DNA of 33,384 nt from an uncultured Maribacter sp. (lineage in GTDB: Bacteria > Bacteroidota > Bacteroidia > Flavobacteriales > Flavobacteriaceae), in contig CAZYQR010000001.1 in NCBI GenBank assembly GCA_964649755.1, forward strand, positions 1 to 33,384, written 5' to 3'. The position numbers and the translations under genes are program-made. Below the pieces are notes generated by a model that worked only from the letters and a program-made list of their open reading frames with translations, did not search any database and was not told where the DNA came from. Every line of letters begins with the position of its first letter. The stretch's first letter is position 1. Positions 18,379 through 26,721 of the stretch are shown one piece after another.

Positions 18379-19599
18379 TTAGAGTGATTTATTGGTGGTA
18401 ATCCTGTACCACCAAGTATTTCTGTACATCTCATTTTTTGCAGTGAGTTCCCTATTGTTCATGGCAAAATGGGTCTTGTCAAGTACCCTATTTCTATACC
18501 CCAAAAGATGAAAAAATGGTTTTGTGAAAAAATGGGCCACTTTGGTGTTAACCAATAGCGATTGTTTTTGATTATTGGCCCAAGAAACCCCAGGTAAAAT
18601 ATGTAGTAATGATCCAAACTTACTCCTGCGTAAAAATGCTGATAATGTAAGGGCCCAAAGCGGTGTTTTTCGTATCAAGAAAAAACCTTCTTCCCCTTGT
18701 TCTTGGTAAAGCGGCATGAAAAGAATGGTGTCTTTTTCAGCTTTTATAAACTCATCTTTTTCAATTGCCAACGGAGTCCCTTCAAGTATTTCTTCAAAAC
18801 TCTTAAACCCTTCCATCATCTTAAAATCCTTTATATCATTAAGGTGGTGGCGGTAAGTTATTTCATAAAAGTTAGAATTATTCTGTGCGGATTTTTGGAG
18901 TTGTAAATAGTACTTCTTGAAATTCTTTACTTCGGTCCTGTTCAAAAACCCACTGAAAGCCATGGTCAACCAAGTAAAGGCAATACTATTTTTAATTGAA
19001 ATTTCCTCTGTATGTTGGCCAGATTCAAAACCTAAGGAAACATATCCTTTCTCATTGATGTAGCTCAAGAGCGGGCCGTCAAGATATTCTTCTATACCCA
19101 AAATAATGGGTACAGGAAAAAGCTTGGAAAACCTCCTATTGATCAATGCGTCGTTAATCGTAATAAACGGTAAGGTTTTACTAGATGTAGTATGATAATC
19201 TATAAAGTAGAATGGCCCTTTTTCATGCTCCAATATCCCTGAAATCAGCTCATAAATGGCCGCCAATTCCTTATCTTCAACAGAAAGTTGTTTCGCTGTC
19301 TTTTTGTTGATATTCTTGATTCTAGAATGGGTCCAAATACGGTTTAAATCTTTCTCAACAAATCTCTTTCCTTTTAATAATGCTGGAATGTTCCCTCTTA
19401 TACCATAAGCTGACCCTTTGCAAGAAAAAGGGCCCTTCCCCAATTCTTTGAAAATATGCTCAAGTGCTGTAACCCCCGACTGTTCGTTGCCATGAATTCC
19501 ACCAAAAAAAATCAAGGTAGGTCCTGGAAGATCTCCTTTAACTTGTCCAATAATACGCTTGGTTTTAACCACTATTTCAGTTTTCGGGGCTATGGTCAT
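18379..19599 (-). CDS. Succinylglutamate desuccinylase/aspartoacylase (AstE/AspA, M14-like) family zinc hydrolase
   Basis: GGIHGNE (HxxE Zn ligands), DLNR, DYHT, catalytic GFESG; no signal peptide; about 95-aa C-terminal extension. Confidence 0.88.
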   Translation of the reverse strand: MTIAPKTEIVVKTKRIIGQVKGDLPGPTLIFFGGIHGNEQSGVTALEHIFKELGKGPFSCKGSAYGIRGNIPALLKGKRFVEKDLNRIWTHSRIKNINKKTAKQLSVEDKELAAIYELISGILEHEKGPFYFIDYHTTSSKTLPFITINDALINRRFSKLFPVPIILGIEEYLDGPLLSYINEKGYVSLGFESGQHTEEISIKNSIAFTWLTMAFSGFLNRTEVKNFKKYYLQLQKSAQNNSNFYEITYRHHLNDIKDFKMMEGFKSFEEILEGTPLAIEKDEFIKAEKDTILFMPLYQEQGEEGFFLIRKTPLWALTLSAFLRRSKFGSLLHILPGVSWANNQKQSLLVNTKVAHFFTKPFFHLLGYRNRVLDKTHFAMNNRELTAKNEMYRNTWWYRITTNKSL

Positions 19600-19602
19600 C
19601 TG

Positions 19603-21453
19603 CTATAAATCATTGGATGTGATTATACCCACAAGTTTTTTGTCGCGTACTACAGGCAAACAATTTATTTTATGCTGCTGCATTAATTTTTTGGCTTGCT
19701 CCAAAGGGGTCCCTGGCATTACCGTTATCAAATTTTTCTGCATTATTTTCTCAATGCTTTGCACATGCTTTTTGGGATTATCCAAATATTTACCAACGTC
19801 TGTCCAGGTTAAAAGGCCCACTAAATCCAAGTGGTCATCAAGAATAGGAACATGATGAATATTTTTCCATTGCATCATTCTCAAAACAAGTTCCATGCTG
19901 TCACTTTCCTGAGCGGTAATAATTCTAATGTTCATTCGTTCCCCAACTTTTCTGTTGCTTTTTGGAATCTGGAATTCGTCACCTCTTGGTAATTGCCATG
20001 CATCAATATTATATCCCTTTTCCTGCCTTTCATACATGGTAGCACATAATATTTTAAGCGCATCAGGAGTTTTGAAATCCTTTTTAAGTTTGCGGAAACC
20101 TTCCACCATCCATCTTGAACCATTTCTTGATCGTATTCGATTTTTGATAATCCGCAAATAATGTTCTGCATCTCTTGGCGCAACTTTCATACTATACAAT
20201 CCCCTGTACGCCATTGGCAATAAGTGGTCCATTAAAAGTTCTTGGCTTGAAATCAATTTGTTGTTCCAATAAAATTGTGTAGCCATACCATATCTTGCCG
20301 CATTAAAGAAATTGCTTTTCACATCTTTAAAATCCATTTTGGTATGTATATTATCGAATTCTTTCGGTCTGCCTTTCATAACTCCTACCCAGAACATCAT
20401 GTTCGCGATTTCATCCGAAGTTGAGGGTCCAGCAGGAAGGTATCTGTTCTCAATACGTATATGGGGTTGGTCATTCGTGGTGCCATAACATAGCCTATTC
20501 CATTTATACACTGTACCATTATGTAATTTCAGTGCCTTTAATTTTGGAATCTTGCCATTTTCCAATTCGGTCATACTATCCGTACCAAGCTCCGTGGTAA
20601 TGAGGCTTCTGAACCCTATAACCGTATCCTTAAAAAAGTCGGCCACAGAGCCTTCTGCCCATTTGTTGCCAAAACCTACTCTTGGCTCTCTTTCATTCAA
20701 AACAAAAGTACTTGCCCGTGTATCCACACTTTGGGCAAAGAGTGCAATACGGGTTTCTTCCCATAGTTCGCGTCCCATTAATAAAGGTGAATTTGTGCAA
20801 ATTGAAAGAATAGGGCCAGCAATGGCCTGTGCCCAGTTGTAGGTGTCCGCAAAATCCTTATGATCTATCTGTAAATGCGATTGAAAACTCGTGTTACACC
20901 CTTCATATAGAATTGAATCGTGCTTTAAATTCAGTTCATCAACTCCTTTTATGTGTAATTCTATATCATTTTTCCTTACTTCCTTGATAGCCTCATTTAA
21001 TATGATATACCGCTTTAAAGGTGTCATATAAGAAGGTCTTAAATGCTTTGTCCTAATTGTAGGCAAAATGCCGGTTAGCATGATTTTCGTATCCCGTTTT
21101 TTGGCAACCTCATTAACCTGGTCCAAAAGATCATTCAAATGCTTATGAAGTGCTGAAAAGCAATCCCCTTTTAATTCAAGTGGTTCCAAATTTATTTCTA
21201 AGTTATACAGTGCCAGTTCAGATGTAAAATGTTTCTTATCAAGTTCTTTCAATATTTCGTCGGCATTGCTAGCAGGCTCCCATTCATCATTTACCAAACA
21301 AAATTCCTGTTCCGCACCTACTCTGGTTATGTCTTTCTCAAACATGTCATTTTCGAGCATATATTCCAAGGCCTTAATGTCTGACATGAGCTGTTTTATA
21401 TAAAAAGCTTTGTTCGGATTTCCATTTAATTTTTCTACGTTCAATTCTCCCAT
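19603..21453 (-). CDS. Glutamate-cysteine ligase family 2-like (COOH-NH2 ligase) protein fused to a C-terminal CBS pair
   Basis: GAEQE (ExE), ELALYNLE, SFQSHLQ and RIENR (RxExR) ligase motifs; two CBS repeats (IHHVPILD..LVGLLT; INCLPVV..LVGIITSND). Confidence 0.82.
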   Translation of the reverse strand: MGELNVEKLNGNPNKAFYIKQLMSDIKALEYMLENDMFEKDITRVGAEQEFCLVNDEWEPASNADEILKELDKKHFTSELALYNLEINLEPLELKGDCFSALHKHLNDLLDQVNEVAKKRDTKIMLTGILPTIRTKHLRPSYMTPLKRYIILNEAIKEVRKNDIELHIKGVDELNLKHDSILYEGCNTSFQSHLQIDHKDFADTYNWAQAIAGPILSICTNSPLLMGRELWEETRIALFAQSVDTRASTFVLNEREPRVGFGNKWAEGSVADFFKDTVIGFRSLITTELGTDSMTELENGKIPKLKALKLHNGTVYKWNRLCYGTTNDQPHIRIENRYLPAGPSTSDEIANMMFWVGVMKGRPKEFDNIHTKMDFKDVKSNFFNAARYGMATQFYWNNKLISSQELLMDHLLPMAYRGLYSMKVAPRDAEHYLRIIKNRIRSRNGSRWMVEGFRKLKKDFKTPDALKILCATMYERQEKGYNIDAWQLPRGDEFQIPKSNRKVGERMNIRIITAQESDSMELVLRMMQWKNIHHVPILDDHLDLVGLLTWTDVGKYLDNPKKHVQSIEKIMQKNLITVMPGTPLEQAKKLMQQHKINCLPVVRDKKLVGIITSNDL

Positions 21454-21530
21454 TATTATGATATTAAGGTCTGCTAGTTGATCCAGATTAAATTAGATTT
21501 TATCTCATACAATATAGAACCTTTTTAGGC

Positions 21531-21553
21531 TGTCAGCAAATGACAAATGTCAT
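21531..21553. promoter_or_regulatory. Palindromic operator-like site with Crp/Fnr geometry
   Basis: ATGAC-AAAT-GTCAT at 21540-21553, plus a third half-site TGTCA at 21531-21535, in the divergent ligase-CBS / rnpA intergenic region. Confidence 0.5.
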
Positions 21554-21592
21554 AAAACCCATACGGTGAAATTTCTTTACTTTTACCTGACC

Positions 21593-21979
21593 ATGTCAAT
21601 GAAATTTCGAAAGAAAGAAAAACTAAAGAGCAAGAAGCTCATAGAGGTGCTTTTTAAAGAAGGAAAAGCACTAACCAGTTTTCCTCTTAGGCTCATATAC
21701 TTGAAGCTTGAAGTGCCTTTGGACGCAAAATTCAAAACGGGGGTAGCCGTTCCTAAAAAGAATTTTAAGAGTGCCGTTAAAAGAAACCGGATCAAGAGAC
21801 TGTTGCGTGAAAGTTACCGCAGGAACAAACACTTGGTTTTTAACAATAGTGAGGGTAACTTTGCGTTTCTAATTTTATATCTTGGGAAAGAAATGCCAAC
21901 TTACCCTGATGTAGAAAAAAGCATGCAAAAAATACTTCAAAAATTTCAAAAAAAGATTGATGATGCAAAAGTTGATTAA
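21593..21979 (+). CDS. rnpA: Ribonuclease P protein component
   Basis: Highly basic; KEKLKS, VPKKNFKSAVKRNRIKRLLRESYR (RNR motif). Start moved to ATG 21593 (21599 is an alternative). Confidence 0.96.
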   Translation: MSMKFRKKEKLKSKKLIEVLFKEGKALTSFPLRLIYLKLEVPLDAKFKTGVAVPKKNFKSAVKRNRIKRLLRESYRRNKHLVFNNSEGNFAFLILYLGKEMPTYPDVEKSMQKILQKFQKKIDDAKVD

Positions 21980-23591
21980 AAAAAAGGTATTGATTCCCGT
22001 TTTGGCCATTACCTTTTTAGTTGTTGGTAGCAGTTTTAAGAGTGATTTCTTCGAAATTGCGAAACAGATTGAGATATTCACGACGCTCTTTAAAGAGTTG
22101 AATATGAACTATGTTGATGAGACCAACCCTGCCGAATTGATGGATACGGCCATTAAGAACATGTTGAACGAGCTTGATCCGTATACCAAATTCTTGAACG
22201 AACAGGATGTTGAGGCTTATAAAATCAACAACGCTGGGGAATATTCTGGTATAGGAGCTTTAGTACGTTCTTATAAAGATAGATTATTGGTCATAGAACC
22301 TTATAAAGATTATCCAGCTGATAAAGCGGGACTAAAGGCAGGTGATGAGATTATTAAAATTGGGGATATTAATGTGGCTGATTTTGATGACAATGCCAGC
22401 GAACTCTTAAAAGGATCCAACAACTCTTCTGTGGCAATTACCTATAAAAGACTCGGCAAAATGAATACAACTTCTATTAAACGAGAAGCTATAGAAGTCG
22501 ATGCTGTGCCTTATTATCACATGGTTGACGATAAAACAGGGTATATTGTGTTGGCAAAATTCAATGCAAAAGCAACTTCCCAAACCAAAGCAGCACTTAT
22601 TGATCTTAAAGGAAAAGGTGCGACAAAAATCATATTGGATTTACGTGGAAATCCTGGTGGATTATTATCCGAGGCGATAAATGTTACCAATTTATTTGTG
22701 CCTAAGGGAGAATTGATTGTTACCACAAAATCCAAAGTTAAAAAGTTCAATTCGGAATATAGGACCAAAAACAAGGCGGTTGATACTGAAATACCTTTGG
22801 TTGTTTTAGTGAATGGCAGTAGTGCCTCGGCAAGTGAAATCGTTTCAGGTAGTTTACAAGATTTGGACCGTGCCGTAATTATGGGCGCCCGTAGCTTTGG
22901 TAAAGGTTTGGTTCAAAGGCCTATGAAACTCACCTACGGAACCCAGTTAAAAGTAACCATTAGCCGTTATTATACCTCTTCAGGCAGATGTATACAATCC
23001 CTGGACTATTGGAATAGGGACGAAGATGGCAATGCTGTGCGCAATACCCAGTTCAACGAATTTAAAACAAGAAATGGTCGTAAGGTCCAGGACGGTGGCG
23101 GTGTGTTACCTGATGTTGTTATCGACGAACTGAATACCAATTCCTTGACTAAGGCATTGGAGCAAAACAACATCATTTTTGATTTCGCCACAGATTATCA
23201 CTACCAAAACACTATAGAAAATCTTGGCAACATTGCCTTTTCGGACGATGATTTCAATGTTTTCAAAACTTTTGTCGGTCAAAGTGATTTTTCCTATGAG
23301 ACTAAATCGGAAAAGGCAATCAAAGAAGCCATGGAAAATGAGGATAGTGATATTTTAGGAGCCGCTGTGCAAGAGAATTATAAATCTCTTTTAGTAGAAA
23401 TCGAGAAAAGTAAATTCTTGGCCTTGGATAAACATCAAAAGGAAATCCAGAAAAAATTGGAAGACGAAATCGTAAAAAGATACTTCTACAGAGAAGGGTT
23501 ATATGAGCATTATTTGACCCACGATGAAGCGATTTTGGCCGCCTCAGAACTATTATCCAATGAAGGCAAATACAAGGGTATACTGCAATAG
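21960..23591 (+). CDS. S41A carboxy-terminal processing protease (CtpA/Prc-like) with PDZ domain
   Basis: LDPYT, GIG, PADKAGLKAGD (PDZ), LDLRGNPGG, SASASEI (Ser), SFGKGLVQ (Lys). Overlaps the rnpA end by about 20 bp. Confidence 0.95.
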   Translation: MMQKLIKKKVLIPVLAITFLVVGSSFKSDFFEIAKQIEIFTTLFKELNMNYVDETNPAELMDTAIKNMLNELDPYTKFLNEQDVEAYKINNAGEYSGIGALVRSYKDRLLVIEPYKDYPADKAGLKAGDEIIKIGDINVADFDDNASELLKGSNNSSVAITYKRLGKMNTTSIKREAIEVDAVPYYHMVDDKTGYIVLAKFNAKATSQTKAALIDLKGKGATKIILDLRGNPGGLLSEAINVTNLFVPKGELIVTTKSKVKKFNSEYRTKNKAVDTEIPLVVLVNGSSASASEIVSGSLQDLDRAVIMGARSFGKGLVQRPMKLTYGTQLKVTISRYYTSSGRCIQSLDYWNRDEDGNAVRNTQFNEFKTRNGRKVQDGGGVLPDVVIDELNTNSLTKALEQNNIIFDFATDYHYQNTIENLGNIAFSDDDFNVFKTFVGQSDFSYETKSEKAIKEAMENEDSDILGAAVQENYKSLLVEIEKSKFLALDKHQKEIQKKLEDEIVKRYFYREGLYEHYLTHDEAILAASELLSNEGKYKGILQ

Positions 23592-23598
23592 TCTGGAG

Positions 23599-24471
23599 TT
23601 ATTTATAGATACAACTGCCAGGATCTGATTTTATAAAATGTTTTCCGTAATTAACTGCTTTAGGATTCATACACCCTTTTAGATTTCGAATTTTTATTCT
23701 TCTAAAATCAATGGGCTGACCTTCACTTTGTAAGGCAATAAAACCCTTTTTCAATAATTGTCCGTCTTTCTTTATTTCTGGATCGTAGCGGTCAACCACG
23801 CCACCTCCAATTTGTGGTTTGGTATATTGTAAAACTTCTTTTCCGTTTACAATATGCGTAATCAATGAATCCCCTAATACTATAAGTTCTGCCTTCACCC
23901 ATTTATTGCCAAAATACGTCTCCGAAGTTGAATTTATACAGTGTCTTGGATCAATTTTGCCTTCATAAACGACATCTGTCCCCGGTGAGCACATATTACC
24001 CGTTGGTCTAGCCTTACCTTTTTCCAAACCGGCCAAAAATTGCATTTCAACAGAGATAGGCCAGTTTTGTTCCTTCGGCATTGTTTTGGGATCCTGACTA
24101 TGGAACATTACGCCACTATTCTTTACAGTAAAACTCGGAGCCCCTGGGTGCAATTCGCCCACAAATCTATATTCCATTGACAGGTGAAAATAAGAATAAG
24201 GTTCGTTATAATATAAATGCCCAAACCGGTCATCAAAATCCCCTTCATATTGATCATAGCGCACTTTTATGATTTCGTCTTCAGCCCTAAAAGTATCCCC
24301 ATGATTATCGCCTACTTCATAATGGTGGATTTTTGTCGTCCAATTATCAATATCCCTTCCATTGAACATACTTTCCCAACCTTCATTCTTAGCTATTGTC
24401 TTTACACTAACGCATTGGCACATAATCGTAACAATACACAAATATCCCAGTACTTTAAAATTAGACCACAT
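23599..24471 (-). CDS. DUF1080 (3-keto-disaccharide hydrolase family) exported protein
   Basis: Cys-containing signal peptide; WESMFNGRDIDNW, NSGV, EMQ, VNG and GFIALQSEG..IDFRRIKI motifs. Confidence 0.87.
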   Translation of the reverse strand: MWSNFKVLGYLCIVTIMCQCVSVKTIAKNEGWESMFNGRDIDNWTTKIHHYEVGDNHGDTFRAEDEIIKVRYDQYEGDFDDRFGHLYYNEPYSYFHLSMEYRFVGELHPGAPSFTVKNSGVMFHSQDPKTMPKEQNWPISVEMQFLAGLEKGKARPTGNMCSPGTDVVYEGKIDPRHCINSTSETYFGNKWVKAELIVLGDSLITHIVNGKEVLQYTKPQIGGGVVDRYDPEIKKDGQLLKKGFIALQSEGQPIDFRRIKIRNLKGCMNPKAVNYGKHFIKSDPGSCIYK

Positions 24472-24532
24472 GCTATACTTTTTTATGGTTTCTCATTCTA
24501 AGATACTATAAGTTTTAATCTCTGCCATATAA

Positions 24533-24549
24533 TTGTCCTATAAGGACAA
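24533..24549. promoter_or_regulatory. 7-3-7 palindrome (candidate operator) between the divergent DUF1080 and GH20 genes
   Basis: TTGTCCT-ATA-AGGACAA, 7 bp upstream of a perfect -7 element. Confidence 0.5.
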
Positions 24550-24556
24550 CATTTCA

Positions 24557-24564
24557 TATTTTTG
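24557..24564 (+). promoter_or_regulatory. -7 element for the GH20-led cluster
   Basis: TATTTTTG matches TAnnTTTG; a TTG lies 21 nt upstream (24533-24535), at the expected -33 spacing. Confidence 0.6.
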
Positions 24565-24610
24565 GGTGAACTTGCAATTAGTCAAATATTCGAATCCTCA
24601 ACCAGCTTTC

Positions 24611-26710
24611 ATGAGAAATACCGGCATTCTTATTGTATCCCTCCTTTTTTTTATTTCCTGTAAAACAGTCCCTGAAAAACTTGGTGATTTCGAGCTGCTT
24701 CCAATACCACAGAAGATTAAGATTACAGGTGCTAGCAGCATTACTATTGATGCCTTAAAATCGTACTATTCAAAGGCCGCCTTGGGGATTCCCGTTGAAA
24801 ATAATTTATTGCTAGGTATGGAGTCTGTCAATAGTGGTTCTGAAGCGCAACTGGTTTTTGATATTGATTCTACTTTGAATTTAAAGAGTGAGGGCTATTC
24901 GATGAAAATCAATCAGAATCAAATAAAAATCTCTGGTAAAGACTCCATTGGTCTTTTTTATGGATTCAAAACGTTGGAACAGTTGCTTATCGATGCTGAC
25001 GAACAAAAAGTTACCCTCCCGCTTTGTACAATAGAAGATTACCCATTATTGGCCTATAGGGCAATTCAATTGGATGTAAAACATCATTTGGAAAAAATAG
25101 AATACTATTATAAACTCATCGACAAATTGGCGAGTTATAAGGTCAATGCCATTATCGTTGAAATGGAGGATAAAATAAAGTATAAACGGCAACCAAAAGT
25201 AGCTTCTGCCGATGCTTTATCAATAGAAGAATGGGAAGGTCTTAGCAATTATGCTGCAAAACAACATATTAGTATAAGCCCGTTAATTCAGGGGTTAGGC
25301 CATGCCTCATTTATTCTAAAACACCCAGAATACGCAGATTTGAGGGATAACCCAAAAAGTGATTGGGCATTTGATCCCCTAAACCCTAAAACTTATGAAG
25401 TACAATTTGATTTGTATCTTGATGCTATAGAGGCCACTCCACATGGCAAGTACCTCCATGTTGGTGGTGATGAAGTACATACTACGGGTCGTGGTAGTGG
25501 AAAATCTGCGTTGGAATTGCAATTAATATGGCTCAATAAAGTTTGTGATTTTGCTGAAAAACATGGTCGTATACCGATATTTTGGGACGATATGCCACTA
25601 AAACAAGCTGAGGTTTATGATCCAATGTTCCAACCTGATATGACCCAAAAAGAAGTGGACGATATCTGGGCCAAAAATGAACATAAGCTGACTACATTTT
25701 TAGATAAGTTTCCTAAAAACTGTATTTATATGCGATGGAATTACAGCTCACCTGAAGCCTATGGTAATACCAAGGCCATGGAATGGTTTAGAAGCCATGA
25801 TTTTCAAGTCATGGGTGCTACTGCCGGACAAACCCGTTGGGTTTTAATGCCACAATCGGAGAGTAATATGGAAAACATCAGATCATTTGCGCTTTCCTCA
25901 ATAAACAGTAATCTTGATGGGTTATTACTGACGCTTTGGGATGATGACTCGCCACATTTTGAGCTTTATAATAGAGGTATCATCGCCTTTGCGGAATATA
26001 CTTGGTCGGGTGATAAGAGAGATAAGGGTAAAATTAAATCCGCCTATAGACAAAGAGAATTTGCACATGCACTAAAAGATTCCGCTCATGCCTTTATCGA
26101 TGGTCTGGAGAAACCAGTTGCATTTTGGAAGAATGCTTTACTTGAAGGAAACAAGAGAAATTATTTAAAAGGAATGGACGACCCCATAAAAGATGGCGCT
26201 ATTGATTTACCCAATAGAAATAAAAAAGGTGAATGGAGCATAAAATACAAAGAACGTTTAGACCAAGCGGCCGAATTCATACAATCCTACGACAGCCTTT
26301 CAAACAAGATTTCATATTTCAAGGCAAATGCCGTTCGTAACTCCTATAATCTAGAGGTATACGAACAAGTAAACGAATTAGTAGGTTTTACCCCTAGAGC
26401 TTTGTTGGCCTTAAAAGCCTATGATAAGGCAGAATCTACTGCTGAGGAAATGGAAGCTGTTAAAGCATTGGGGGCGCTAAAAAAAGAATTTTCTGCATTG
26501 CGCGATGATTTCGAAAATGTTTACTCTAAATCGCGAATTCTGAACAAACCAAGTGATTATATCTTAGATCAAGACCACCATGTTCATATGGGCAACCAAT
26601 CTCTAAATTTTGATTGGCAATTTATTGGGGAACAAATTTTCTTGGACAAACTTGAAAAAGAATTGCCAAACCTGATTTATTTGGAAAACGCAGATCCCGT
26701 AAAAAAATAA
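24611..26710 (+). CDS. GH20 beta-N-acetylhexosaminidase-family lipoprotein
   Basis: Start moved to ATG 24611 (lipobox FFISC). GH20b domain (LLPIPQ, EGY, GLFYG), IEDYP..YRAIQLD, catalytic HVGGDE; PLIQGLGH resembles the GcnA/HexD-like branch. Confidence 0.88.
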   Translation: MRNTGILIVSLLFFISCKTVPEKLGDFELLPIPQKIKITGASSITIDALKSYYSKAALGIPVENNLLLGMESVNSGSEAQLVFDIDSTLNLKSEGYSMKINQNQIKISGKDSIGLFYGFKTLEQLLIDADEQKVTLPLCTIEDYPLLAYRAIQLDVKHHLEKIEYYYKLIDKLASYKVNAIIVEMEDKIKYKRQPKVASADALSIEEWEGLSNYAAKQHISISPLIQGLGHASFILKHPEYADLRDNPKSDWAFDPLNPKTYEVQFDLYLDAIEATPHGKYLHVGGDEVHTTGRGSGKSALELQLIWLNKVCDFAEKHGRIPIFWDDMPLKQAEVYDPMFQPDMTQKEVDDIWAKNEHKLTTFLDKFPKNCIYMRWNYSSPEAYGNTKAMEWFRSHDFQVMGATAGQTRWVLMPQSESNMENIRSFALSSINSNLDGLLLTLWDDDSPHFELYNRGIIAFAEYTWSGDKRDKGKIKSAYRQREFAHALKDSAHAFIDGLEKPVAFWKNALLEGNKRNYLKGMDDPIKDGAIDLPNRNKKGEWSIKYKERLDQAAEFIQSYDSLSNKISYFKANAVRNSYNLEVYEQVNELVGFTPRALLALKAYDKAESTAEEMEAVKALGALKKEFSALRDDFENVYSKSRILNKPSDYILDQDHHVHMGNQSLNFDWQFIGEQIFLDKLEKELPNLIYLENADPVKK

Positions 26711-26721
26711 ATTCAATTTCT

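Noticed and set aside
18379-21453. Gene symbols astE and gshA for the deacylase and ligase
   Set aside because: Only family-level motifs match; extra domains and missing pathway partners make orthology unsupported.
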